A stretch of DNA of 64,000 nt from positions 5,394,001-5,458,000 of the forward strand of contig NC_045138.2 in NCBI RefSeq assembly GCF_008831285.2. The letters run 5' to 3'. Numbering within the stretch: position 1 is the first letter of the stretch; the number at the start of each line of letters is the position of its first letter. Shown here in pieces: positions 22,210-34,913 of this stretch. The position numbers and the translations under genes were made by a program. The notes beneath the pieces were generated by a model, which worked only from the letters and a program-made list of their open reading frames with translations, had not been told where the DNA came from and searched no databases. This DNA comes from Nymphaea colorata. Taxonomy: Eukaryota.

Positions 22210-25200
22210 TCATGTCGCTCCTAGTAGTAGTGGACAATTACCCGAAACCTGTAACCCATCTCCCAAGCGGACTTCCAGCCCCGCTGGTAGTGATGCCAGT
22301 TTGGGGCAATCTACAATTTCCAACCACTCAAGCTTGGGGAGGGTAGTCAGGCATTGTGGCAATGAAGCCACCTCTGGCAAATTGTGTAGTCTAAGGAATT
22401 TCAGGTGGACAAGGTGTTGGAGCTCGTCTGGCAACAATTTTAGGTTGGAACAGCCCATAAATGACAACTGTTCCAGTTTCGGAGGCACAGAGAAGTGTGT
22501 CCGCTCGGAAGGAGAACATTGTTCCTCAGTTGGCTGATCACTTAAATGTGGTGAATGCTTGAATAGTCCATCTAGGATAGCGTCTTCTAGTTGTCCAACA
22601 ACAAGACGCTCGAGTTGCTTCAGTTTCTCCCATGGTCCGCACCACCTGCTGCTTGATATCCCATACAATTCCAAGTTTTGAAGGCCCGAGAGATGCCACA
22701 ACCATTCAGGCAACAGACTTTGACCGGGCATACCCAATCCTAGTTGTTTAAGACGTCGAAGAGCTTCAATATGTGAAGTTGTAAAGTTGTTATGTGAATA
22801 CCAATCCACCACGAGAATCTTGGTAAGTGAGAGCAACCAGTCAACTTGAAAACACACATTTGGACAAAATGTCACGCGAAAAACTTCAAGCCCAATGGGT
22901 TGATCGTCTTCCCTCCATAGAGCACGCAACTCCTTACAACTATGAATTTTCATGTCCCTTAAAGCAGGAAAAGAAGGCAATGTCCTCAATTTCGGACAAA
23001 AAGATATCTCTAGTTCCTGCATAACTAGCAATGTTGCATTTTCCTTTCTTTCGAGTGACCATCCTTCCCAAGTTTCACAATAACCAACTTTCACTTTCTC
23101 CAATTTGCCCATGAAAGTTAATTGTTTCAGTCTATGACATTCCATCATTGTCAACGATTTCAAGATAGGCATTTCAGGCAATTCAACCAATGCAGGACAC
23201 CCACGAATTACCAGCTCTGTCAGTGCAGGGATGTTCAGTTCAGACTCTGCTTCTTCTTCTTTTTCTAGGAGAGCGCTCAATTCGTCACATAAATTGATCT
23301 CCAACCTTTGCAGACTGGGAAGGCGAGGCAATCTCTTCACCTTTAAACACTTGCTTATTTTTAATGTTTTTATGCAACATTTCTCTACTCCTTTTTCAAA
23401 TCCTTCCCAATTATCTAAATTGCTCAGTTCAACACTCTCTAGTTTGGAGGAAAATGGCAGCCGCGTGAAGCATGCACATCCATCTATTACCAATTCCTCC
23501 AAGCATGGGCTTGCAGCCAATGTTTTTAGATGGCGACAATCATAAAGATGCAAGCACTTGAGCTTACTAAAACTAGGCAATGTCTCAATCCATGAGCAAG
23601 ACTGAAATTTAATTGTTTCTAGGTGTACACAGCCATCAAGCCAATGGATAGGAAGCTTCTTTCCGCAGTACCTTGTCAAGGACAGAGACCTTAGGTTAGG
23701 TGGCAGCTGTAGTCGTTGAAGTAGGTGCTCTTGGTCTTCTGCTATTTTCTTTTCTTCTGATGTTTCTTCACCAATAATGGTCTTTCCAAATGCAAGATTT
23801 AAGTTTCCAATGTGTTCCTTTTCTTGCAGCAGAGCTTCACTTGCATCATTGACTACTGTTATCCTCTCCAAGTTTTCTATAGTTAACGCCCCCTTCAAAT
23901 TGATCAAATTCTTCAACTCCTTCACATTGCAGCCAACATTAGCTTCATTTGCATGGCATATAATAAATCTGCTCAGGGTACGTAAACAAGTAAGCTTACC
24001 CAAACCTTCAGCAACAAACTCAAGCTGACGTGTATTTTTCAATAGCAGGTGCCTCAGGTTGCACAATTCTCCAATCTCCTTGGGCAGCTCTTTTATCCCA
24101 CTGCCACTTAAAAACAATGATAGCAAATTCTGGAGTTTGCCGATTGAAGCAGGCAACTCCTTTATTTTTGTGTTCCTTAAGTCGAGATGTTTCAAAAGAA
24201 GAAGATCACCTATAGAGTCGGGTAGTTTTATGAAACTTCCTCCACTCAAGTCTAGAACCCTTAACCTTTTTAGATTATTTATGTACTTGTCAAGTGGATT
24301 CTCAGACAATGGTTTAAGACAAAGAAAGGTTCGTAGCACCTGATTCCTTTGCAATCCAATTTCATCAAGAGAACTAAGATCCTTACTTATTGTTAGATGA
24401 CGTGTATTCTCATCAACATAATTGTGTGAATATTCTTTCCCAGCAACGTGTGCAGCTAAATCATGAACAGTGTCATGCATTTTCAAAAATAAGCCATCTC
24501 GATTTTCTAGCTGAAATAAGCAACGACCAAGCATCTCATCTATATGATGGTTTGCAGCAACCTCCATATTTCCTTCATTAGCATTCTCAACAAGTCCATG
24601 AGCCATTAAATTCATTATAAGCTGTTGCTTGTGAAATGTATAACCCTTTTGACACAAACTAAAGTATGTAAAATAATGTTTCAAAATTGGAGATAAATCA
24701 TCATAGCTTAATATGAGCCCTGGTAGCAAACTAGAGTCTGAAGTTGTGGAAGGTATATTCAAATCCCAAATCTTGCTGTTAGCGATGAATTCCCAATCTT
24801 CTCTTCTCCTTTCTTTTGACCGCATTACCTTCCCAACAGTTTTAATTACAAGTGGTAGACCTCCACATTTTCCCACTATCTTTCTTCCAATATCTTCTAA
24901 ATTTAGCCTCTTCAACTCATTCTCTGTCATCAACGCTTCATGCAAGAACAATTGCCAGCTTTTTTCATGCGTAAAACTTTTCAACTCATGCATGTAAACT
25001 GCTCCAATCCCTTTCGAAATGTGTTTCTTCCTACTAGTCATTATAATCCTGCTTCCAGGTGCACCCTCCTTAATTAGGATAGGCTCCAATTGCTCCCACC
25101 AATCAAGGTCCCACACATCATCTAAGACCAATAGAAACTTGTTCTTTGAAATTTTTGGATGGACCAATTGAGTCAGTGTGTTCAACTCAGAGACGTTGAC

Positions 25201-25971
25201 CTCGTCCTTCTTAATTTGTTCGAGTATCTTTTTAGTGACATCTTGAGCATTTGGTCTCTGCAAAATGGAAACCCACCACATAGGTTCTCCAAAATGTTTC
25301 TTTACTTGATCATCATTGAAAATCATTTTGGCAAGAGTCGTTTTCCCAACACCACCAATACCGATGATGGAGATGATCGAAACATTACATGCCCCTCCAC
25401 CCGTTGATGTGTCCTCATCAACTAGCTTTTGGATGAGAGTGTTCTGTTCAACTTCTCTGCTAATGATGTCTTCTTTATTTACGTAACAACTGGTTGCTGG
25501 ATCAGCAGTTCTTTCTTTAGCTTTTGAAGCATATTCTTGAAGATTATTATTGTAACGATCTTTCTCTTTGGAAATTTGGGCAAGTCTCTCATTGATGGCT
25601 TTAATGTCTTTCCCAAGTTTATAGCGGAGAAGTACATGATTATCACACAAAGATGGAAAGTAATTGGCAAAGGGGCTGCATACCTGCTTCTTGTTATTCA
25701 CCACCCTCTTTCTTTTGTTGATGTTAGCTTCATACTCATCAATAATGTCTTCGGCGTCATATGAAACATCCTTCAACTTCTCCAACCAATCCTTTAGTCC
25801 TTCAACCTCGAAATATGCCAAACCATCAACATATTTCAATTTTGATTTAATTGCTTCCATCTCGCTTTTCAAGTTATCTAGGTCCTTCTTGGCATTACAA
25901 AAGACTCCAACCTCATTGGAAATAAGGGCTGTCAACTTGTCCACCACTAGACCTACTAGTGCATCGGCCAT
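22210..25971 (-). CDS. CC-NB-ARC-LRR disease resistance protein (NLR2), 1253 aa, tandem paralog of NLR1
   Basis: Uninterrupted ORF with MADALVGLVVDKL, EDIID, GIGGVGKTTLA, LLVLDDVW, GSRIIMTSR, CGGLPL, MHD and LRRs. Confidence 0.96.
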   Translation of the reverse strand: MADALVGLVVDKLTALISNEVGVFCNAKKDLDNLKSEMEAIKSKLKYVDGLAYFEVEGLKDWLEKLKDVSYDAEDIIDEYEANINKRKRVVNNKKQVCSPFANYFPSLCDNHVLLRYKLGKDIKAINERLAQISKEKDRYNNNLQEYASKAKERTADPATSCYVNKEDIISREVEQNTLIQKLVDEDTSTGGGACNVSIISIIGIGGVGKTTLAKMIFNDDQVKKHFGEPMWWVSILQRPNAQDVTKKILEQIKKDEVNVSELNTLTQLVHPKISKNKFLLVLDDVWDLDWWEQLEPILIKEGAPGSRIIMTSRKKHISKGIGAVYMHELKSFTHEKSWQLFLHEALMTENELKRLNLEDIGRKIVGKCGGLPLVIKTVGKVMRSKERRREDWEFIANSKIWDLNIPSTTSDSSLLPGLILSYDDLSPILKHYFTYFSLCQKGYTFHKQQLIMNLMAHGLVENANEGNMEVAANHHIDEMLGRCLFQLENRDGLFLKMHDTVHDLAAHVAGKEYSHNYVDENTRHLTISKDLSSLDEIGLQRNQVLRTFLCLKPLSENPLDKYINNLKRLRVLDLSGGSFIKLPDSIGDLLLLKHLDLRNTKIKELPASIGKLQNLLSLFLSGSGIKELPKEIGELCNLRHLLLKNTRQLEFVAEGLGKLTCLRTLSRFIICHANEANVGCNVKELKNLINLKGALTIENLERITVVNDASEALLQEKEHIGNLNLAFGKTIIGEETSEEKKIAEDQEHLLQRLQLPPNLRSLSLTRYCGKKLPIHWLDGCVHLETIKFQSCSWIETLPSFSKLKCLHLYDCRHLKTLAASPCLEELVIDGCACFTRLPFSSKLESVELSNLDNWEGFEKGVEKCCIKTLKISKCLKVKRLPRLPSLQRLEINLCDELSALLEKEEEAESELNIPALTELVIRGCPALVELPEMPILKSLTMMECHRLKQLTFMGKLEKVKVGYCETWEGWSLERKENATLLVMQELEISFCPKLRTLPSFPALRDMKIHSCKELRALWREDDQPIGLEVFRVTFCPNVCFQVDWLLSLTKILVVDWYSHNNFTTSHIEALRRLKQLGLGMPGQSLLPEWLWHLSGLQNLELYGISSSRWCGPWEKLKQLERLVVGQLEDAILDGLFKHSPHLSDQPTEEQCSPSERTHFSVPPKLEQLSFMGCSNLKLLPDELQHLVHLKFLRLHNLPEVASLPQCLTTLPKLEWLEIVDCPKLASLPAGLEVRLGDGLQVSGNCPLLLGAT

Positions 25972-26703
25972 GGCTGGGTCTTCTTCTACACACTGTTATT
26001 GTTCTGCGAGGCGAATAATGAACTTTAGAAAGTTCGTAACAAGTCAAGCCTTTTACATCTTCTATATTCCATAATGTCAATCCTGGCATCACCGCAGGTG
26101 CACTGATCACCCCACTTGATTTACGCACTCATAATTTTGAACCTTTTAAAAATAAAAAGGAGTAAAAGATGAAAAATGAACATAATTTCATCACAGCACT
26201 CTCTCTATTTTGGAACTTTAATGCATTGTGACATATATGGTGATGAATTTCTCGGGTATAATACAACAAAATTGTAAATCTCAGGAATATATCGAGAAAA
26301 TTTTGGTAAATTTTTTTAAAAATGAAAACATTTAATAAATCCTGAAAATTATAAAAAATAAAAAATACAAAAGAACATGTAATTGTCGTTTTATACGACT
26401 AACTTATTTATCAGGTATTATACATGTTTTTTTTTTGAATAATACACGTTTTATGTGACATTGCAGTCTAATTAATAGGGCCCATTTGAATAGTTGGAAC
26501 TTTATTGTAGATGTGGAACAAAAATCCAAGTTCAGTGGACTGATCATAATAAAACAAATGCGAAACTGAACACCCACGACTTTCCATGAATATGTGAAGC
26601 TTTACTTCCAGAACTTTACTTTAAGAAGGGGGGACTTCCATTGAGAAGCTTTGCGTAGTTTGTTTGAAAAAATCATGTATGGTCAAACTTTTCCTGCCAA
26701 CCC

Positions 26704-26914
26704 ATGCATACGTGGGGGCGATAAATTGAAGTTTATGGGAATTTATTCAAATTACAAGTGTTGATGACCGTAATTAAGTTTGGACTTCCAGACTAGATTA
26801 GCTAACGAGATTTTTCATGGTATTGTCTGGAAGTCCAACTTAATTGCAGAATAGTCAGCAGTTGTAATTGAATAAACTCCTATAAACTTCAATTTAGTGC
26901 CCCCACCTATGCAT
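26704..26914. repeat. Imperfect inverted repeat (~90-bp arms, ~30-nt loop) in the NLR2 upstream intron
   Basis: atgcatacgtggggg...taaattgaagtttat...ttggacttccagac pairs with gtctggaagtccaa...ataaacttcaattta...ccccacctatgcat. Confidence 0.8.
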
Positions 26915-28171
26915 AAGTTGACAGATCATCTCAGTTGTTGTATAGACCTAATAAAAAATAGGTTTTCCAAGACCATGGAAACCAGATCTTGAAAGCTAAA
27001 CTCACCACAAGTTTCTTAATCATTAGTGGATTTGAATGCGGTGACTGATCGGATGTTTCAAAGCATCTATAAGCTTCCTTTCAAACAAGAACCAATACAA
27101 AAATTTTGCTAAATTCTACTTCAGTTCCTAAATTTAAACTAATTATTTAATCACTTAAAATATTTTATCATAATTCTCAAATAGAGTTGGCATTATTCAT
27201 GGGGCGGGCCCTTTTGAAATCCTGAAATGACTTTTCATCTTGGATATATGTTTTAGGTTCTCTCTGATTTGGATCCACTCCCAGGATGAGAATTTTTTCA
27301 ATGACTATGTCCTTGGGTGGCTAAAGTTTTATCAATTTAAACCCTAAACTGTCCGTAGTCTAATCCTTAATCCTAAAAATACATGCATGTCATTCTACTA
27401 AATCTTTTTTTTTTTTTTGCTATAAGATGCTTATTGTGTCTTATAAAAAAATTAATTTTATTTCAGAGCAGTCTTTATGTTATGGCCCCTAACATAGGAC
27501 AATGTGGAAGGGGTGAGAAATAACTAAAATGGAAGGCTCCCTTGTAAAGACAAAGGTGGAATAAGATGACAAAAACTTCCCTAAGCCGTCAGAACATGGC
27601 TTCCCAAGTTAACAACATAACACAAGAAAACTGGTGCAAAAATTTCATGTGAAAGTGCAAAAGTACCCTTCTGTCACACAAAAAAAAAAAAACGACAAGT
27701 TTTTGGAAAGACAAAAATGAAATTAAAAGAGAGTGAAATGGCTAGAAAGGACGTGTTTTTTTTTTTAAACTACAAAAACATCTCCATTCTTTGACTGCAT
27801 AAGTGGCGGACTCATAATGGCGCAGCCAACCTTATCTGGTTTGAACAACCAACAGAAAAGCAATTTTGTCTTCAAGGATGAAGAAAAAAAGAAAGGAAAA
27901 ACCAAACCAGGGAAATCATGCGTCGTCTGGCATTGTGCTGTTCCAATTTCCACCATCAGTTGGGTTGTTTCTGAATTAGGTTGTTGTGGTGCCCACTATA
28001 GAAGAAAAAAATGAGCCAATGAGACATATTTTTCTCAATATGTATGTACAAATTAGGTTAATAGAATCATTGTTGCATATAAGAGTATAGCACGACACCT
28101 CCAAGCTTACCGACCACGTTTCATTCGTTTTGCCATGATGAAACTATTTGATCCCTTGTCCCGTGAAAACC

Positions 28172-28249
<78 letters not shown>

Positions 28250-28679
28250 TCCACTTAACTTAAATTGGCTCACGGACACTATAATTTATGATGCCGCAGT
28301 TTGTCCTTTTAAAAAAGATCATACAAAGGTTTGGTGATTTCTTGAAAACAGTTTTGGTCTGTCAAGGATTCAAGAAAGTGGGTTGAAGAATTAAATTAGT
28401 AAATAGGTTCAGCATTGTTGCTTCTCATTTTTTATTACTTTTTGTCCACCTCATTTTTTATGTCTAATACAGTACTTCCAACACATTAATTCAGTTATAT
28501 TAAAAAAATTAGTGAGGTCATTTACTTTTCTAACCATATGTAAACTAGGATAGATGCCTTACTTCAATTATGTAAGAGCTTTATAGGACGCAGATTTCAA
28601 ATATTTTTTAATAATTTGAAGCATATATATGCATGGCAAGTTTGCCTTTTTTTCGCCATATATACCAAGATACCGAGGG

Positions 28680-29095
28680 AGAGAGAGAAAGAAATAGGGA
28701 GCTAGTAAGATTAAGAGAAAATTAAAGGGCGAAATAAAGGTTTTAAAAGAGAGGAAATAAATATAAAGAAAAACTTGTGAGAGGATAACAAATTTTAAGT
28801 GAAAAATTAAAGAGATAAACAAAAAATTTTAAGAGAGAGAAAAAATAAAGAGAGAAACATGAATAAGAGAGCAATAGATTTTTAGAGAAAATTAAAGAGA
28901 AAAACAAAGATTTAAAGAGAGAGAAATAAATAAAAAAGAAAAAGAGATTTTAAGACAAAAATTAAATGGAGAAATCATGAATTCAAAAGAGAAAAAAAAA
29001 GAGAGAGGAAAATCAGTAAAGAGCTAGATATCTTAAGAAAAAAAATTAAAGTTAGAAATAGATTTTAAGATAGAGAAAGAAATAAAGATAGAAAA
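28680..29095. repeat. A/G-rich degenerate tandem repeat (paralog of 47630-48125)
   Basis: Recurring gattttaagagaaaaattaaagag and ttagtaaaagagcaaga motifs. Confidence 0.75.
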
Positions 29096-29862
29096 ATCCC
29101 GCAAGTTATGCCTGGGTATTTAATTCCAGGTCTTCAAGAATGAAAGATTCCCACTTAGAATCTTTGGATAATGTCTCTGAGTTGAAGTTTATGGGTATTC
29201 AAATTACAAGTGATGATGACTCTGCAATTAAGTTGGACATCCAGACCAGATTAGATAACAGGATTTTCAAGGTATTGTCCTGGTAATTAAAGAATGGTGG
29301 CCTGGTCTCGCTCGCAGTTTCCATTTTGAGGCCCAATTATTTTTAAAATTACTTCCAGCTCATCTAGATTAGTATATATTAGCATTAGCTTGTGCTTCAA
29401 AATTTCTAAATATTGCTTACGATCTCTAAGCTTACGAGGCCCATTCTTCAGATCTGAAACAATTGAAGATATATATAAACTATAAAATATGGGGACATGG
29501 AAGTCCTTTCCGAAGTTAATTTCTCTTTTAGCGTGAGGCAAGGACTAGAAAATATATAAACAATTATTCATAATTATTTTATTGAAATTTCAGACGATGA
29601 TCAATAAATACTTCTAAAAATGTATATATAGTTGTTATTTTCCAAAAAAATTGACTTCGACTCCAAGTTTATGTGACCTTAGATTGAAGTTATCGCAAGG
29701 ATACTTTGAGGGTACGTAGGATGTGGTAACAACTCAAGTTTAGTTTCTTTCTTTGTTTGGGTTCGTCCAATCTTATTATTGTTCCACTCAAAACCTAATC
29801 TGAACTTGTTTAATAAGTAAAACATGTTTTAACCAAACATAAATCACATATATGATAAAAAA

Positions 29863-30407
29863 CAGGGTTGTACGAGTAGAGCCCACTGAAGCTCCAATTG
29901 AAATTGTATATTTAAGCGGAAGCATAACTGAAAGCTCAAGCTTATAAATGAGTCAGGTTCAAGTAACGTGAACTCAACTCGATTAAACTTGAGTATGCCC
30001 ATTTAATCTCTTTTTTTTTTTTTGTAATTTTCAAACTTAAAACAAAGGAAAGAGATCAAGTCAAATGAAGAGTTGATAAACGAGCTTAAACAAATTGAGC
30101 TCGAGCTGGTACCCAACGCATTGAGTCAAGCTCATGCTGACCTTATACAGTTCGATCTATATGAGTCAAACAAACCAAGAACGAGCTCGACTCATCTCAT
30201 GTATAACCAGGGGCAGAGCCAAGGTAGGGCCATTTGTGCCTTGTCCCTACCTCAATTTTTTTTTTAATTTACATGTAAATTTCAAAAAATTTCACTTGTT
30301 CAATATAAAAATTTTAAAAAATGATATTTCGGCCCTAGTCAAAACTTAGAAAATTTAATTCAGCTCGCCTCATGAAAAATTTTTGGCTCTGCCCGTGTAC
30401 AACCCTG
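29863..30407. mobile_element. hAT-type MITE with a nested second MITE
   Basis: 11-bp TIR CAGGGTTGTAC/GTACAACCCTG, 8-bp TSD ATAAAAAA/ATAAAAGA, and internal gctcgagc-type repeats. Confidence 0.8.
30208..30395. mobile_element. Nested hAT-type MITE
   Basis: TIR CAGGGGCAGAGCCAA / TTGGCTCTGCCCG, with 8-bp TSD TGTATAAC/TGTACAAC. Confidence 0.75.
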
Positions 30408-32484
30408 ATAAAAGATAAGCTTTTAGGGCACAGGAAATCAGAATTTTGAGAGCTAAAGTCACAGGCAAGTTTCTTAATCATTAGTGGATTTTCAATGCAT
30501 CCAGTGATCGGATGTTTAAAAGCATTTGGGACAACCGAGTTTTGATATATAACAAACATGACTTGAATCGATTCTCATGCTGCAAACATGATAAAAAACA
30601 GGTCTAATGCATGAACGAAGGTATCCCACATGCATGAGATGCAAGAATTCCTACACTTTTAGAGGAGTTGAGGAAGTGAGGGTAAACTTTACCCTGTTTG
30701 TTGCACTACGCCGCCCTTGGGTGCCGGCTCAATTAGCCTCAAAGAGACCCAATACCCGCTGGTTTAGTAGCAGAAAATGCGTACACTAGGGAACTCAAGA
30801 AGGAGCAAATTTAATGGAGCACCTTATCCTTGGATCACTAATTCTCAATTTAAACTCTAAAATGTCCAAAGTTTAATCCTGAATGTTTTTTTGGAATTTG
30901 CACTGGAGCACCTTAATGCGGGCAACGTTAAAATATTATAGATGATTAAGCTCTAAAATATAGGCAAACGCATGTAATACTTAGATGGTATAAGAAACTG
31001 GCACGTAGACAACATATATCTAACTATAGCTGCTTTTATTATACTGCCAAATCTTGAGGGTGTTTCAATGAAAATTACTTATTTCAAAATTAACTATACG
31101 TATGATTACTGAACCTAAAGTTAATCACTAAAATTTGACGTCTATATCAGAAATTTTCCATCGTTTAATTTGAAAAGAGAAAAATACGGACTTGCCAGCT
31201 TCATATGGGCATAGTCTATAGAAACTCAGGTTGCGGAAAGCATTTCAGCCAAACCTTGTCCTCATATGCGAATGAAATTGAGGAGGCGACCGTCATTTAC
31301 AAAAGAACGGGGCCCAGACTAATGACAATTTTGACCTCGAATTGCTTCTGAATAATGGATGCGTTATCCAGGGCACACAGCAGTGGTGGACCAGGTACGT
31401 ACCCGTTATTTTGAGAACTATTACGGGCACATGCGCCATAATGCAATCCCCAGAGTCGCCCGCCTCTTCTAAAGGCGTTTCCAAAGTTCGCGTCCTAACG
31501 TGGAAGAAGTCAAACGCAAATTTCCAAGGACCAAAAGTACTGTGTAATAGACACAATTCCGTCCACGACCGAGAACGCCGCGACTAGTTAATATATATAT
31601 ATAGATATATGACCGGACCTGATGATTATAATTTTTTTTGTGTATTTAAAACTGTCTTTTCGATTTTCTATGTGTGTGCGTAATATTATTATTATTTGTA
31701 TTTATACATATAGCATGATAATGTTGGACGCGCCTTAGAAAATATCCTGATTCTATTGCACAATAATGTCAGTGTCAAAAATTTTCATTGTTCTCCGATA
31801 ATATTTTTACTACAGTGACCTCTTTTGCTGGATTCCAGCTCCTTCGTTGCCAAAAGCTGCACACTGTACATTTTCAGAATCAGAAGTTAAACGATGGAAA
31901 ATTCCATCATGTGTCAACTTGTCTTGTGTGAACATAAAAGGGATTTGAGCAGCTTCACTTTTAATGCTTCTCATCTGGAAAAATTATATAAGGCTCCCAT
32001 CTTATTTTATTAAGATTTTAGAAGATCGAAAAAAAAATTGGGAAAATTCAATGCATAATTTTATATTTAAAAAAATAAAGAGTCTGAGTTTGACCAAAGA
32101 AATTGTGGTCTTGCAGTTATCCTATTCAAAAATAGTTATAATATAATGAAATTGAAGCATGAACTTGCCACAAGATAGAACGTAGAGCCAACCCAACTCG
32201 TTGAAAAAATTAATCACTTTTCAATTTCTTTTTAAGGTCGTCCTTTGACTTGTGGCCGTTTTGCCATATCCATTTCTGCCTTTGTGCCTTTTACAAATCC
32301 AAAAGTGGTTTCTCCGTGACCTGACCTGTCTTGTTCTAAAACATTAACTATGTATATAATTGCAGAATTTTCAAAAAATATATAAATAAAAGACTTACAA
32401 AATCTGATGGTTAGTTTAGATATTTTTCAATAATTAAAAACGAAAAAAAGACAAATCAGAAATAAGGGCTAGTCATGGACAATG

Positions 32485-34657
32485 TGTCAACATTTTAACC
32501 CTCAAACTATTTTTTTTTTCTAAACATAAGTGTGACTACCCAACAATTCAAAAAGACGATGAGCCAAGCAATTCAAAACAATGAGGCGAACTTTCATTTA
32601 TATAACCATTTTGTTTCATACAAATTTATATTTATGTGCATGACCAAAATGCTCCAAAATCATAACATTGATGCCTAACAAAAAGAAGACATCAATAAAA
32701 CCAAAACATGACGCGCCGGCACTTCAGACGACAATCCCAAAACCTCCCTAGTAGGACGTGAGTGCAGCCATCTGCTCAACTTGTTGCCTCGGGTCTACCA
32801 AAACCTGAAAAAGGAAACAACTGAAGGCTCAGCCTTCGCAGTATGGCAACAAGCCAGGAGAATGCCAAACTCTCTCAAGTAAGGCTCAAATAAAAGAACA
32901 AATATCAACCAATCTATCGTTATGTCGTGTCAGAGTACGACACGTAAAAGCCACTTGATGGCCACACTAACACAACGTCAGTCACATGGGAAGCATGCTT
33001 AAACATAACACTTGCATTCATATCATTCACATATACATCAGTCACATGCATTCTATCATACACATTACATTGTCATTAACTTTAGTGCATTAACAGTTCC
33101 TGTGGGTGCAACACAGGCACGTGCACACCGCGGGTAACCTATAGCCGAGAGACAACCCCCGTGGTGGCCCATAATAGTATGGATCCATTTCACTCGCTGC
33201 AGCGGTAGAGCACTCATCCCTGGATGTGTGAAGTCCAAGGTGAGATACTCAGTCTTTCCTAGGACACCCAGGTTGGGAAGACGGGAGCCCAACGCTCCAA
33301 GCACATCACACAACAGAACCCTGGGGCCTTGCCTGCGCTCTGATAGGCGAGACCAATGGCAGAAAAAAAAAGGGACGTCTCCCAAAGACATAGCCACATC
33401 CCACTGGCCTCTCATCTCTTATCCTTTCGTTGTTTTTTTTTTTTTTATCATTATCATTACTCATTCACAAAATGACTGACTAACACATGAGGTTAATACA
33501 CCATACGAGTGCACTTACACCTCCCAATGCCTCCACACAAGGACTATACATACAGTAACAGTCATTGCTAGCTGTCATACAGTACGAGTACAGCTACCCT
33601 CTATTCCATCCATTTGCATCTTTGCCCATGACAATGCATATGCAACAACGTACACATTCATATCAATCATCACATCAATCCTCACATCAATCACGTCAAT
33701 CACCTCTTTGAAAAACTTAGCCAATCCACAGAGAGTAGTCTCGATCTGCGGTTGACTCGTAGCTGTCCTATGTAGTTATCATTCTATGATGCTTTCTAAT
33801 GCACAATTGGGGTCGACGAGACACTCGACTCGATACCCCGCCTCATCTGTCCTAAACAGATATCAATTCTATTATGCACATGCCAATGCATAACATTTTC
33901 AAAACAAATGACTAATAATCTTTCTAACCCATTCATATCATATAAGCAACATACATATACTCATTCACAATGCAAATCTTAAGTTTCCCCAAAAAACAAA
34001 ATCACTAACATGCGTCCCAAAATCATCAATTCTAAGCTCTAGCCTGTTCGAACAATAATTATATATGCTTTAGAAGATAATATTCATTACTTTGAGCTTG
34101 ATTAGATATCGCTCACCCCAAAACAAGCGTCCAAACTACTGTGATGCCTCAAACAGCCACCTCAAGCATACAGTCGGTCCCCAAACGGCGGAAATCGTGT
34201 CAAGCCGCCACCACCAACGCCTTCTATTCACTGTTAAAGGAGAATGATGCACCCTCAAACTGAAATTCCAATCCAACAGCCACAACTAAAGTGAACAAGC
34301 AAGAACGTGCTCAAGAGGAGGAGTTCGGCTAAAAGATTGGTTCGATTGGAGGAGGCTGAGAACTGAGAAAGAGCACGAGAATGAGCAGGGAGAAAACGTC
34401 GACAGAGATGGGAGGCAGACAAAGGGGTAGGGTTCAGACGGTGAGGGAAGGGTATGCGTAGGAAGGAGGAGGAGAAGAAAGAAGAGGAAGGAGGAGCAGG
34501 CGAGGGAGAAGGAGGCGAGAGAAGAAGGGAAGAGAGCTCGGGCAAGGAGGAGAGGGACAACGTGTGGGAGGAGAGAGAGCGTTGTAGAGAGGGAAAGATG
34601 CGCAGGAAAGGAGGGGAAAAACAGGCAGAGAGGGCGAGAGAGGGAGCTTACCTGCGA

Positions 34658-34688
<31 letters not shown>

Positions 34689-34913
34689 CCGCCGCCGTCA
34701 CCGCCGCCGTCACCGCCGCCGTCACCGTCGTCTTCTTTTGCTTTGCTGAGTTCCGGTCGTGGGTGAGGGAGAGACGAAGGGGGGAAACGAGGGAGAAGAA
34801 GGAAACAAGGAGGGGGAGACGGGCTGCGGCATCGGGGCTCCTAACGCACATGGAGCTCGGGTCCGGGTCTGGACCCTGACCTGACCCGTCCTGCAAAAAG
34901 GCCGAGCGTTACA
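32485..34913 (-). mobile_element. Ty3/Gypsy solo LTR, same family as 1805-5087
   Basis: The minus strand starts TGTAACGCTCGGCCTTTTTGCAGG and ends TGTTGACA. It has a perfect TSD CAATG (32480-32484, 34914-34918) and shares internal blocks such as ttggagcgttgggctcccg..ttcccaacctgggtgtcctag. Confidence 0.9.
34667..34726. repeat. (GCCGCCGTCACC)x5 minisatellite in the LTR
   Basis: Five perfect 12-bp units read directly from the sequence. Confidence 0.9.

Larger units (their letters stand above)
28030..30530 (-). pseudogene. NLR-unit ghost lacking its CDS
   Basis: 28415-28640 resembles the NLR 3' intron. 29181-29280 and 30465-30525 resemble the NLR 5' intron (26725-26830, 27008-27070). No coding sequence lies between them. 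Confidence 0.55.
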
